Source of the DNA: an uncultured Eubacteriales bacterium
GTDB lineage: Bacteria > Bacillota > Clostridia > Oscillospirales > Acutalibacteraceae
Direction: 5' to 3'
Assembly (NCBI GenBank): GCA_934457415.1
Contig: CAKSHM010000006.1
Location: 109,623 to 173,622, forward strand
DNA length: 64,000 nt
How positions within the stretch are numbered: position 1 is the first letter of the stretch; each line of letters opens with the position of its first letter. Under the pieces are notes generated by a model that was given only the letters and a program-made list of their open reading frames with translations, ran no database searches and was not told the origin of the DNA. The position numbers and the translations under genes are program-made. Below, one piece after another: positions 18,006 to 27,520 of this stretch.

Positions 18006-18536
18006 TCACATTTTAAATATTTTTTTGACTTTCGGATGGATTTTAAGCATATATACCGCCGCCAATCTCGAAAAGGTAACATCATAAACAACAAATACAA
18101 CATTTGCAAGCGCCCAGAAAACATATATCCCCCATTTCATCATATCCCCGACATCGTCAAACGAAACGCCGAAAAGTTTGGTAAGAAGAATATAATAAAC
18201 CAAAGCACAGATATTGAAAGCGGCTGTTTTAAGAGCCCATTCCGCAAAACGGCTTCTTATACGCTCAATAAGCGCTTTAAGGATAGGATAAAATCCGAGA
18301 AAGCAGATATATAACAGCTTTGATTCGTTATCGGGATAAAAAGCCACAATAAGCGAGCTTACAAGATATGTTGCAAATGCAAATCCGTAATCGGTTTCTA
18401 TAAGTGCGACTGCAACAAACAGTCCGGCAATTGCGGGAACCGCATAAGTTAAATACGGAAACAGTCCGAACAACATCATAACCGAGCTGAGCGCCGCCAG
18501 AACCGCACAAAGGGTTAAACATTTTGTCTTTTTCAT
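18006..18536 (-). CDS. Hypothetical polytopic membrane protein
   Basis: MKKTKCLTLCAVLAALSSV... with about 5 hydrophobic helices. The start at 18536 avoids overlapping the upstream J-domain gene, unlike the track start at 18599. Confidence 0.55.
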   Translation of the reverse strand: MKKTKCLTLCAVLAALSSVMMLFGLFPYLTYAVPAIAGLFVAVALIETDYGFAFATYLVSSLIVAFYPDNESKLLYICFLGFYPILKALIERIRSRFAEWALKTAAFNICALVYYILLTKLFGVSFDDVGDMMKWGIYVFWALANVVFVVYDVTFSRLAAVYMLKIHPKVKKIFKM

Positions 18537-18544
18537 AATTCTTT

Positions 18545-19156
18545 TCAGCAACAGGGTATAAGGTCTCCGCCCATACACTCGCAGCAGCAATCTGCGCATA
18601 TAAGTCCCTGACAGACATCGCAGGCGTCGCAGCCTCCGCCGTAATTATGAGAGGCATAGGGATTGTTCTGCTGCCTGCCCATCTGCCTTTGCGCATTCGT
18701 AACCGCACTGCGGTATTCCCCGTTTGACGGATCCATACGCGAAGCGGTTACAAAGCTTGTGTAGGCTTGGTCAAACCAGCCTCTTCTGTAAAGCACGGTA
18801 CCGTTTAAGAAATACCACTCGGCATTCCGGTCGGTAGGAGAAACACCGTCTAAAAGCTCGAGCGCCTGTTCAAGCCTCCCCTGAGAAATAAGCGAACGGA
18901 TTTCGGGAAAAGACGACTTACCCGAATAAGAAGAATTCGCGCCGCCGTTTTCATTTGTACCGTTAGACCTGCGGGAGTTCATAATCGAATCGTAAGCCTC
19001 GTTTATCTCCTGCATTTTTTCGCTTGCAAGGTCCGAAAGAGGGTTATCCGAATAATTATCGGGATGATACTTTTTCGCAAGATTTCTGTAAGCGTTTTTT
19101 ACTTCTTCATCGGTAGCGTCGGGCGATATGCCCAGCACCTCATAGGGATTTTTCAT
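18545..19156 (-). CDS. J-domain protein with TPR-like middle region and cysteine-rich C-terminal tail
   Basis: [32 protein letters not shown] contains the HPD motif. Tail is [31 protein letters not shown]. Confidence 0.85.
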   Translation of the reverse strand: MKNPYEVLGISPDATDEEVKNAYRNLAKKYHPDNYSDNPLSDLASEKMQEINEAYDSIMNSRRSNGTNENGGANSSYSGKSSFPEIRSLISQGRLEQALELLDGVSPTDRNAEWYFLNGTVLYRRGWFDQAYTSFVTASRMDPSNGEYRSAVTNAQRQMGRQQNNPYASHNYGGGCDACDVCQGLICADCCCECMGGDLIPCC

Positions 19157-19997
19157 TTTTTAGCTCCTTTAAATATACATCTTCAAGCCCGAGATAAATT
19201 ATATTACCCAAAATCGGCTTGAACTTCTTTATTTCAAGCAATTCAAAAGCCTTTGCCGCCTCATTTATGCAAAAATAAATCTGCGGCTCGGTTTTTAAAA
19301 CCGTATCTTTCTTTATATTGCCCTCTTTTACATATTTTTTTAAAACATTAAAGCTTCCGCTTTTAATATCCTTTTCAATATCACAGCCTGCGTCCATAAT
19401 ATAAATATATCTGCCGAGGCAATAACCGAGTCTTTCTAAAACGCGCTTTTGCGAAGAATCGTCACTGCAAAGCGGAAGAAGTTTTGACAGCGCCTTTGCC
19501 GTCGGGTCGCAAACGCTGTCAAGCGTGCAGTTAACGTCGTTTTCGGCAATGTTCTGACTTTCGATATATTCCGCAACCGTTTTTTCGATAAGCGGGTATT
19601 TTTTCGCCGCTTTTTTATGAGCGCCGGAAAAAATCGGCTTTAAAAGCAAAAAGCCCAATTTTTTAAAACCCTTTTCATCCTTTATATTATCAAGGATTTT
19701 ATAATAAAGCATTATCATTGCCGCGGCGGCGGGCATATCTAATTCATCGGAGGATTTGCAGTAATTACATTTTTTAAAAGGATTAAAGGCGCAGCGCTTT
19801 CTTTCAAACGAAACACAACCGCTTTTAAGAGATATGTTAAGCAGGGAAAGAAAAGCAAAATCATAGCTTAATGTAAGTCTGGACAGAATACCGTAGCTTC
19901 TTCCGAGTTTTTTGCAAAGTGAACAATACACGGCTTTATAGGCCTCGAAATCCTTGATTTTAAGTTCTTCCTTTTTAACCCTTATATAGCCGAACAA
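19140..19997 (-). CDS. DUF5685 family protein
   Basis: [36 protein letters not shown] matches my memory of the DUF5685 N-terminus. Overlaps the J-domain gene by 17 nt. Confidence 0.6.
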   Translation of the reverse strand: MFGYIRVKKEELKIKDFEAYKAVYCSLCKKLGRSYGILSRLTLSYDFAFLSLLNISLKSGCVSFERKRCAFNPFKKCNYCKSSDELDMPAAAAMIMLYYKILDNIKDEKGFKKLGFLLLKPIFSGAHKKAAKKYPLIEKTVAEYIESQNIAENDVNCTLDSVCDPTAKALSKLLPLCSDDSSQKRVLERLGYCLGRYIYIMDAGCDIEKDIKSGSFNVLKKYVKEGNIKKDTVLKTEPQIYFCINEAAKAFELLEIKKFKPILGNIIYLGLEDVYLKELKNEKSL

Positions 19998-20139
19998 CTT
20001 TCCCCCTCCTTTATTTGAATATTATCTTACAACGAAAAAACGTTTTATTGGTGAATAGAGTGTAAATATTTATAAAGTTTGGTATTTTTTGAAAAATTTG
20101 AGGAACGATAATAAAAACAACTTCAGGGAGGAACCTCTA

Positions 20140-21483
20140 ATGAATAAAAAAACAGCATCTCTTTTACTTTGTCTTATTATGCTTATTATTCCGCTCTCGC
20201 TTGCGGGCTGCGGAAGCAAAAGCAGCAAAAATGAAGTGTATTTCTTTAATTTCAAGCCGGAATCGGCTGAAATCTACAAGGAAATAGCAAAAAAATATGA
20301 GGAAGAAAAAGGCGTTAAAGTAAAGGTTGTAACAGCCGCGGCCAACACCTACGAACAGACCCTTAAATCGGAAATTGCCAAATCCTCCGCGCCGACAATT
20401 TTTCAGGTCAACGGTCCTATAGGCTATGAAACATGGAAAGATTACTGCCTTGACATCAAGGACAGCAAGCTTTATTCCTATCTTTCGGACAAAAGTCTTG
20501 CGATAAAGGATAAAAACGGCGGAGTTTATGCGCTTGCTTATGTCGTTGAGGGCTACGGTATAATATATAATGAAGAAATCACCGATAAATACTTCTCCTT
20601 AAGCGACAAGAAAACATCCTATAAATCCATGAGCGAGATTAAAAACTTTGACGCATTAAAAAGTGTAGTCGAGGATATGACCGCGCACAAAAAGGAATTA
20701 GGTCTTGAGGGCGTTTTTGCCTCGACCTCACTTGCCTCAGGCGAGGACTGGCGCTGGCAGACTCATCTTTTGAATGTTCCTCTTTATTATGAATTTAAGG
20801 ACAGCACCGATTATGATGACCCGACTATTGCAGGAATCAACTCAAAAGAAATAGCTTTCAGATATTCGGATGCCTTTAAAAACACCTTTGACCTTTATAC
20901 CGAAAACTCTATTACAGAGAAAAACCTGCTCGGTTCAAAATCAACCGCGGATTCAATGGCTGAATTTGCTCAGGGAAAGGTCGCATTTGTTCAGAACGGA
21001 AACTGGGCATGGTCACAGATAAGCGATGTTAAGGGAAACACCGTTAAAAAAGATAAAATCAAGTTCCTGCCTCTTTATACCGGAATAAAGGGCGAAGAAG
21101 CACAGGGACTTTGTATCGGAACCGAAAACTATATCGCAATCAACAAAAAAGCAACAAAAGAACAGCAGCAGGCTTCTCTTGATTTTCTTGACTGGCTGTT
21201 TTCAAGTAAAACCGGAAAAGATTATGTGACAAACAAGCTTAAATTCATCACTCCGTTTAACACATTTACTGATGATGAACTTCCAAACGATCCGCTCGCA
21301 AAAGAGATTGTCCGCTATATGAGAAACGATTCCTTAAAAACCGTTCCGTGGATATTTACCTCTTTCCCGAGTGAAACATTCAAAAAGGAAGTCGGAAACT
21401 CACTTCTTGAATATGTTCAGGGAAGTAAAAAATGGGACGATGTTAAAAACACCGTAACAGAAAAATGGAAGAGTGAAAGATAA
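20140..21483 (+). CDS. Carbohydrate ABC transporter substrate-binding lipoprotein
   Basis: Lipobox LSLAGCGS after MNKKTASLLLCLIMLII. ATG 20140 follows AGGGAGGA. Followed by two MalF/MalG-type permeases. Confidence 0.85.
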   Translation: MNKKTASLLLCLIMLIIPLSLAGCGSKSSKNEVYFFNFKPESAEIYKEIAKKYEEEKGVKVKVVTAAANTYEQTLKSEIAKSSAPTIFQVNGPIGYETWKDYCLDIKDSKLYSYLSDKSLAIKDKNGGVYALAYVVEGYGIIYNEEITDKYFSLSDKKTSYKSMSEIKNFDALKSVVEDMTAHKKELGLEGVFASTSLASGEDWRWQTHLLNVPLYYEFKDSTDYDDPTIAGINSKEIAFRYSDAFKNTFDLYTENSITEKNLLGSKSTADSMAEFAQGKVAFVQNGNWAWSQISDVKGNTVKKDKIKFLPLYTGIKGEEAQGLCIGTENYIAINKKATKEQQQASLDFLDWLFSSKTGKDYVTNKLKFITPFNTFTDDELPNDPLAKEIVRYMRNDSLKTVPWIFTSFPSETFKKEVGNSLLEYVQGSKKWDDVKNTVTEKWKSER

Positions 21484-21485
21484 AA

Positions 21486-22331
21486 ATGCAGATCGGTTTA
21501 AAACGCTGGTCGCCGTTATTCGTGTTACCCACGCTCGCGGCTTTCACAGTCGCTTTTATAGCCCCGTTTTTAATGGGGCTGTATCTTTCCTTTTGTGATT
21601 TCCGCACCGTTACCGACGCAACCTTTGTGGGACTGAAAAATTATATGAATATTTTCAGCCCCGAAGATACCTTTTTTAAGTCGCTTTTGCTTACAATGCT
21701 GTTTGCAGTAATATCTGTAATAACAATAAATGTGTTTGCATTTTTGTTAGCTATTATATTAACAAAAGGTATCAGAGGAACCAATTTTTTCAGAACGGTA
21801 TTTTTTATGCCTAATCTGATAGGCGGTATTGTGCTGGGTTATATATGGCAGGTAATAATAAACGGCGCGCTTTCTAACTACGGATATGCGATAACAAGCA
21901 AAGCGGAATTCGGAATAGCAGGTCTTATAGTTATGATGAACTGGCAAATGATAGGATATATGATGGTAATTTATATTGCAGCCATTCAAAATGTTCCCGA
22001 CGATATTTTAGAGGCGGCAAGAGTTGACGGAGCAGGAAAATTCAGAACGCTTTTTTCGATCATAATTCCTTCGGTTATGCCGTCTATTACAATTTGTCTG
22101 TTTTTAACCATAACAAATTCATTCAAGCTTTTTGATCAGAACCTTGCGCTTACCGCAGGCGCTCCCGCAAAGCAGACACAGCTTGCAGCGCTTGATATTT
22201 ACAACACCTTTTACGGAAGAACGGGTTTCGAGGGAACCGGTCAGGCAAAAGCGGTTATATTCTTTATAATCGTTGCGATTATCGCGCTTTTACAACTAAA
22301 GCTTACAAGCAGCAAAGAGGTTGAGAGCTGA
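21486..22331 (+). CDS. Sugar ABC transporter permease (MalF/UgpA-like)
   Basis: EAA-loop region DILEAARVDGAGKFRTLFSIIIP. Confidence 0.88.
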   Translation: MQIGLKRWSPLFVLPTLAAFTVAFIAPFLMGLYLSFCDFRTVTDATFVGLKNYMNIFSPEDTFFKSLLLTMLFAVISVITINVFAFLLAIILTKGIRGTNFFRTVFFMPNLIGGIVLGYIWQVIINGALSNYGYAITSKAEFGIAGLIVMMNWQMIGYMMVIYIAAIQNVPDDILEAARVDGAGKFRTLFSIIIPSVMPSITICLFLTITNSFKLFDQNLALTAGAPAKQTQLAALDIYNTFYGRTGFEGTGQAKAVIFFIIVAIIALLQLKLTSSKEVES

Positions 22332-22333
22332 AA

Positions 22334-23158
22334 ATGAAAAAAAGCAGAATTTTTATTTTTATATTACTTTGCATGCTGGCAGTTATATTTACAGCCCCTG
22401 TTTTTATAATTCTGATAAATTCCTTCAAAACGAAATTTTCTATCAGCCAGACTCCCTTTATGCTTTTTGACAAAACAACCTTTGTCGGACTTGAAAACTA
22501 TACCACGGGACTTGCAAATACGGGTTTTATCACCGCTTTTTTTATGTCGCTTTTTATAACCGTTTTCTCAGTTCTGGCAATTGTGATTTTCACCTCAATG
22601 ACGGCGTGGTATATAGTCAGAGAAAAAACAAAATTCACTGAATTTCTTTACACCCTTTTTGTTTTTTCAATGATAGTTCCGTTTCAGATGGTAATGTTTA
22701 CAATGTCAAAAACAGCCAACATTTTAAGACTTGACAATCCCATAGGAATAGTATTTATTTACCTTGGATTCGGGGCGGGTCTTGCGGTATTTATTTTCAG
22801 CGGCTTTGTAAAATCCATTCCGCTCGGAATCGAAGAGGCTGCCACAATCGACGGCTGTACTCCCCCTCAGACTTTTTTCAAAATTGTTTTTCCTATGATG
22901 AAGCCGACGCTTATCACCGTGGCAATTTTAAATACAATGTGGATTTGGAACGATTATCTTCTTCCTGCATTGGTTATCGGCAGCGATTATAAAACAATTC
23001 CTATAGCAATTCAATATTTAAAGGGAGGATACGGCTCAATAGATATGGGTGCGCTTATGGCAATGCTGGTACTGGCGGTACTGCCGGTTATAATTTTTTA
23101 TCTTTTCTGTCAGAAATATATAATAAAGGGAGTTGCGGCAGGTGCGCTTAAAGGATAA
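22334..23158 (+). CDS. Carbohydrate ABC transporter permease (MalG/UgpE-like)
   Basis: EAA-loop region IEEAATIDGCTPPQTFFKIVFPMMKP. Confidence 0.88.
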   Translation: MKKSRIFIFILLCMLAVIFTAPVFIILINSFKTKFSISQTPFMLFDKTTFVGLENYTTGLANTGFITAFFMSLFITVFSVLAIVIFTSMTAWYIVREKTKFTEFLYTLFVFSMIVPFQMVMFTMSKTANILRLDNPIGIVFIYLGFGAGLAVFIFSGFVKSIPLGIEEAATIDGCTPPQTFFKIVFPMMKPTLITVAILNTMWIWNDYLLPALVIGSDYKTIPIAIQYLKGGYGSIDMGALMAMLVLAVLPVIIFYLFCQKYIIKGVAAGALKG

Positions 23159-23174
23159 AAAAAGAGGAATTCTT

Positions 23175-24602
23175 ATGCCTCTTGCAAGTCTGCCCTCGGC
23201 TTACGGAATAGGAGATCTGGGGAGATCATCATTTACTTTTATTGATTTCTTGTCAAATTCCGGAATAGACTGCTGGCAGCTTCTTCCGCTTGTTCCCTTA
23301 GGAAAGGGCAACTCTCCTTATTATTCAGTAAGCTGTTATGCAGGCGAGCCATTATATATTGATTTAAATGAGCTTGCCGATGACGGATTGCTTAGCGTTT
23401 CGGATATAGATTATAAGTATAACAAGGAGTTTATCGACTATGATGAGATTAGAGAAAAGAAATATTATTATTTTTTAAAGGCTTTTAAAAACTTTGACGG
23501 CGAAAACAGGGAATTTTTAAGGTTTCAAAAGGAAAATGAGCTTTGGCTCGAGGATTATGCGGTATTTTGCACCGCCGCGGAAGAATACGGACATCTTAAA
23601 TATTTTGATGACGGACTGAAATACCGCCTTTTTGACCGTTTAAACGAATTCAAAGCATTAAATTCCGAAAAAATAAAGTTTTATAAAGTGCTGCAGTATT
23701 TTTTCTACCGTCAGTTTTTCAAAATGAAAGCTTATGCCGAAAAAAGAGGAATAACGCTTATAGGAGATATTCCTTTTTATATTTCGGATAACAGTACAGA
23801 GCTTTGGCAAAATCCGCAGTATTTCAAGCTTGAAAGAGACTTAACTCCTTCGTTTATAGCAGGCGTTCCTCCCGATATTTTTTCAAAGACCGGACAGCTT
23901 TGGGGAAATCCCGTTTATGACTTTACGGTTATGAAAAAGGACGGCTATTTATGGTGGAAAAACAGAATTGAGCATCAAAAAAAGCTCTACGATATAATAA
24001 GAATCGACCATTTCAGAGCCTTTGCAAATTATTATGAAATTTCATCAAGCGAAGAGACCGCGCTTAACGGAAAATGGGTAAAGGGTCCTGCGGAAGACTT
24101 TTTTAAAACATTAAACAAAAGTATAAAGCTTCCGCCAATTATCGCCGAGGATTTAGGCGGAGAAGACGATAAAGATGTTGAAAGACTTTTAAAAAATACG
24201 GGGTACCCCGGAATGAAGGTTTTGGAATTTTGCTTTGAAAAAATAAACGATCCGAAATCCGTTCCTAAAAATTTCCCGTTTAACTGCGTCTGTTACACCG
24301 GAACTCATGATAACGATACCTTCTTAGGTTGGTTTAAAAAACTTTCGCCGAAACAAAAGGTACTTGCCGGAAGATATATTGATATAAATTCGTCCGTTTC
24401 GGTTTCGGAACAGGTTATAAAATATGCCGATTCTCTTAACATTAAAATGGTTATAATTCCGCTTCAGGACTATTTAAATCTCGATTCCAAAGCGAGAATA
24501 AATACCCCTGGGACAGCTACAGGAAACTGGATATGGAGAGCAAAGGGCGAATATTTATCGAAATCCGTTTCGGACAAAATAAGAAATCTGATAAATAAAT
24601 AG
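23175..24602 (+). CDS. malQ: 4-alpha-glucanotransferase (amylomaltase, GH77)
   Basis: GIGDLG, IRIDHFRAF, AEDLG and GTHDNDT motifs. ATG 23175 follows AAAGAGGA. Confidence 0.9.
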   Translation: MPLASLPSAYGIGDLGRSSFTFIDFLSNSGIDCWQLLPLVPLGKGNSPYYSVSCYAGEPLYIDLNELADDGLLSVSDIDYKYNKEFIDYDEIREKKYYYFLKAFKNFDGENREFLRFQKENELWLEDYAVFCTAAEEYGHLKYFDDGLKYRLFDRLNEFKALNSEKIKFYKVLQYFFYRQFFKMKAYAEKRGITLIGDIPFYISDNSTELWQNPQYFKLERDLTPSFIAGVPPDIFSKTGQLWGNPVYDFTVMKKDGYLWWKNRIEHQKKLYDIIRIDHFRAFANYYEISSSEETALNGKWVKGPAEDFFKTLNKSIKLPPIIAEDLGGEDDKDVERLLKNTGYPGMKVLEFCFEKINDPKSVPKNFPFNCVCYTGTHDNDTFLGWFKKLSPKQKVLAGRYIDINSSVSVSEQVIKYADSLNIKMVIIPLQDYLNLDSKARINTPGTATGNWIWRAKGEYLSKSVSDKIRNLINK

Positions 24603-24612
24603 AATAAAAAAC

Positions 24613-24633
24613 GAGCCGTGCAATGCACGGCTC
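24613..24633. terminator. Terminator hairpin shared by malQ and the convergent rpsF-ssb-rpsR operon
   Basis: gagccgtgc / gcacggctc stem. The A-run on the plus side gives a T-run for the minus-strand operon. Confidence 0.75.
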
Positions 24634-24653
24634 AAAATTATTAAATATTAAAA

Positions 24654-24893
24654 TCAATCGTTTGAATAAGGAAGCAAAGCTACCTGACGCGCACGCTTGA
24701 TAGCGGTGGTAAGCTCGCGCTGATGCTTAGCGCAGGTACCGGTTGCACGGCGGGGTAAAATCTTAGCACGCTCTGAAACAAACTTGCGAAGACGGGCTAC
24801 ATCCTTATAATCGATTTCTTCAACACGATCGGCACAGAAATGGCAAACCTTTTTACGGGGCTTTCTCTGAAACGGTCTATCTGTCTTTTCCAT
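24654..24893 (-). CDS. rpsR: 30S ribosomal protein S18
   Basis: [55 protein letters not shown]. Confidence 0.97.
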   Translation of the reverse strand: MEKTDRPFQRKPRKKVCHFCADRVEEIDYKDVARLRKFVSERAKILPRRATGTCAKHQRELTTAIKRARQVALLPYSND

Positions 24894-24923
24894 CGAAAAG
24901 TTCCTCCTTAAATTTATAAGAGC

Positions 24924-25355
24924 TTAAAACGGAAGATCGGTATCGCCGTCATCACTCATATCGGTGAAGTCATCCGCTGAGGCATTCGAATAAGAAGCCG
25001 CGGGAGCATCGCCGGATACGGGGGCGGAGACGCCGTCCTTTTTAGACTCAACAAACTGGGCATTATTAACCACAACCTCAAAGGCTGTTCTGTTATTGCC
25101 GTTCTTATCAGTATATCTTCTGGTCTGAATAGAACCCTCTATACCGATCATATTGCCCTTTTTGAAATATTTTGTGATAAATTCAGCACTCTGACGCCAT
25201 GCAACAATGTTGATGAAATCAGTCTGCTGTTCTTCGCCTGAACGGTAACGGCGACTTACGGCTATGGAAAAAGAAGTCACGGGAATACCGTTAGGTGTGG
25301 TCTTAAGCTCAGGGTCCGCAGTAAGGCGGCCGGTTAAAACAACAAAATTAAACAT
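24924..25355 (-). CDS. ssb: Single-stranded DNA-binding protein
   Basis: MFNFVVLTGRLTADPELKTTPNG OB fold and an acidic C-terminal DDGDTDLPF tip. Confidence 0.95.
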   Translation of the reverse strand: MFNFVVLTGRLTADPELKTTPNGIPVTSFSIAVSRRYRSGEEQQTDFINIVAWRQSAEFITKYFKKGNMIGIEGSIQTRRYTDKNGNNRTAFEVVVNNAQFVESKKDGVSAPVSGDAPAASYSNASADDFTDMSDDGDTDLPF

Positions 25356-25369
25356 ATCTTTTTCCTCCG

Positions 25370-25651
25370 TTACTTTTTAATTACCATTGCGCGAAGAACG
25401 CCGTCGGTAATGCCGGCAACACGCTCAAGCTCTGCCGGAAAATCAGGCTCTGAAGTGAATGTAGTGAATACATAATAGCCTTCGTTTTCATCGTTGATAG
25501 GATAAGCGAGACGGCGCTTTCCCCAATCATCAACGTTTTCGACTGTGCCGTGCTTTGCTATAAGGTCATTAAACTTAGTCTTTAAAGCTTCTACGGCTTC
25601 TTCCGAACCGGTTACAGAAAATACTACTGCAGCCTCGTACTTGTTAGTCAT
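25370..25651 (-). CDS. rpsF: 30S ribosomal protein S6
   Basis: MTNKYEAAVVFS...GKRRLAYPI. ATG 25651 follows GGAGGTG; the track start at 25663 is a GTG inside the RBS. Confidence 0.95.
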   Translation of the reverse strand: MTNKYEAAVVFSVTGSEEAVEALKTKFNDLIAKHGTVENVDDWGKRRLAYPINDENEGYYVFTTFTSEPDFPAELERVAGITDGVLRAMVIKK

Positions 25652-25737
25652 TATTCGTTGCACCTCCTTCTGGACTTTTGGCCATAAAACTTATGGCAAG
25701 GAAGCTAAAATGATATTTTTTCACATTAGCAATTAGT

Positions 25738-25766
25738 ATTATATCAGTTTTTTCCCTTTTAGTCAA
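25738..25766 (-). promoter_or_regulatory. SigA-type promoter for rpsF-ssb-rpsR
   Basis: Minus strand reads TTGACT (25766-25761), a 17-nt spacer, then TATAAT (25743-25738). This leaves a leader of about 80 nt. Confidence 0.6.
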
Positions 25767-25840
25767 CTGTTTTTTTACTTGATTTCAGATATAAATTATT
25801 ATATAATAAATATGAAATATAAAAATTAAGGAAAGAATAT

Positions 25841-26605
25841 ATGTTACTTGCAATTGATATCGGAAATACCAATATTACGCTCGGTACATTTGAGGATGAT
25901 GTTTTAAGCTGCACCGCCCGTCTTTCTACAGACAGAAAGAAAACCTCGGACCAGTATGCGGTGGACATTAAAAATGTTTTAATGCTTCACGGAGCAGACT
26001 GCAAGGCCGTGGAGGACTGCATTATATCTTCGGTGGTTCCGGAAACCGGAAATGCAATAGCATCGGCAGTTGCGCTTTTATGCGATGTTGTTCCTTTAGA
26101 GTTGGGACCCGGGGTCAAAACAGGTCTTAACATAAGGATTGACAATCCAGCTCAGCTCGGTGCCGATCTTGCGGCAGGAGCAGTAGGCGCAATTTCGGAA
26201 TATAAGCTTCCCTGCATCGTTATAGATATGGGAACGGCCTCAACGCTCAGCGTTATAGACCGCGACGGAAAATTCTTAGGCGGAGCCATTGCGGCAGGCG
26301 TAAGGCTCACGCTTAAAGCTTTATGCGAAAACACCGCTCAGCTTCCTGCAATATCTCTAACTGCTCCGGATTCCGTTATCGGTTCAAATACTGCCGACTG
26401 TATGCGTTCGGGACTTATATTCGGAACAGCCGCGATGATTGACGGAATGATTGACAGAATTTCAGAGGAGTTAGGAGAAAAGCCCACCGTTGTCGCAACA
26501 GGCGGTCTATCAAATCAAATAATATCTTATTGCAAAAATGATATAATATTTAATGAAAACCTGCTGCTCGAAGGATTAAAACAAATATATGAGCGCAATA
26601 AATAA
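25841..26605 (+). CDS. coaX: Type III pantothenate kinase
   Basis: MLLAIDIGNTNITLG and VIDMGTAST motifs. Confidence 0.92.
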   Translation: MLLAIDIGNTNITLGTFEDDVLSCTARLSTDRKKTSDQYAVDIKNVLMLHGADCKAVEDCIISSVVPETGNAIASAVALLCDVVPLELGPGVKTGLNIRIDNPAQLGADLAAGAVGAISEYKLPCIVIDMGTASTLSVIDRDGKFLGGAIAAGVRLTLKALCENTAQLPAISLTAPDSVIGSNTADCMRSGLIFGTAAMIDGMIDRISEELGEKPTVVATGGLSNQIISYCKNDIIFNENLLLEGLKQIYERNK

Positions 26606-26703
26606 CCGTTTACACTAAGGCCGGCGATAATTATTTGAACCTGCCTAACGTGTCGGAATATAGAACTGTACCGCATTTTCGGACAGTATCGGAGGTAAAA
26701 ATT

Positions 26704-27285
26704 ATGTCAGAAAAAAAATCGTTTAAGGTTGCGGTTTTAGGTATCTTCACCGCCGTAACCGCAGTACTGCAGACAATAAGCTACTTTGTTAAAATCGGAA
26801 ATTTTAATCTATCACTTGTCCTTATTCCGATTATAGTTGCGGCTTGTCTTTATACCCCTTCTTACAGCGCTTATTTAGGCGGGGTATTCGGTCTGATGAC
26901 CGTTATCGGCTGTTTGACGGGCGCGGACTCGGGAGGAAACATCCTTTTAAATTCAAATGCGGTTATGACTGTTATAACATGTATGCTTAAAGGGATACTT
27001 TGCGGATTTCTTTGCGGACTTACGGCAAAAGCCCTTAGGAAAAAGGGCGGGCTTATTTCGGTAGTTATTCCCGCAATTACCGCACCCGTAGTAAATACAG
27101 GAATTTTCGTTGCGATGATGTTCGTTTTCTTTAAGGACATTCTTTATTCATGGGCAGGCGGCACCAATGCCGTAACCTATATTATAACAGGTCTTGTAGG
27201 CGTTAATTTTTTAATTGAGCTTGGCTTAAACATAATATTTGCTCCTGCAATGCTTAGAATTATCAAGGCTGTTAAAAAGTCTTGA
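26704..27285 (+). CDS. Polytopic membrane protein, possibly an ECF-transporter S component (substrate unknown)
   Basis: MSEKKSFKVAVLGIFTAVTAVLQTISYF... with about 6 TM helices and 193 aa. GGAGG RBS upstream. The family call is an inference from size, topology and position next to coaX. Confidence 0.45.
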   Translation: MSEKKSFKVAVLGIFTAVTAVLQTISYFVKIGNFNLSLVLIPIIVAACLYTPSYSAYLGGVFGLMTVIGCLTGADSGGNILLNSNAVMTVITCMLKGILCGFLCGLTAKALRKKGGLISVVIPAITAPVVNTGIFVAMMFVFFKDILYSWAGGTNAVTYIITGLVGVNFLIELGLNIIFAPAMLRIIKAVKKS

Positions 27286-27316
27286 GTTCGGTTTAACCGA
27301 ATAAAATCCCGAGCAG

Positions 27317-27381
27317 CATGCAAGCGATAATAAATCAGCTTAAAACGGTGTATTTTCGGCGGATTTATTATCGCTTGCATG
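27317..27381. repeat. Mini copy of repeat family 2: 20-bp perfect-stem hairpin
   Basis: catgcaagcgataataaatc (27317-27336) pairs with gatttattatcgcttgcatg (27362-27381). It shares the AAGCGATAATAAATC terminus and the GCCGAAAATAC core with 61004-61277. Confidence 0.7.
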
Positions 27382-27520
27382 AATTTTAATAATTTTAAAA
27401 AAAACTCTTTATTTTTGAAGCTTTTTTTGTTATAATGAATTGGATACTCAATAGAATTGAGTTCTTTTCAGTTAATCAGGATTAAAAATCCGCAATTTTT
27501 TTAGGAGGTTGATTCAAAAC

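Noticed and set aside
18328-18708. 126-aa ORF overlapping both the J-domain gene end and the membrane-protein gene.
   Set aside because: It is an alternative frame of two better-supported genes on the same strand, with no independent signal.
26606-26703. Hairpin CTGT-A-CCG / CGG-ACAG with a bulged A lies upstream of the membrane protein next to coaX. I considered the pan RNA motif (stem with bulged adenosines upstream of pantothenate genes).
   Set aside because: There is only one short stem with one bulged A and no tandem copy. The downstream gene is not a panBCD gene. The evidence is too thin without a covariance-model scan.
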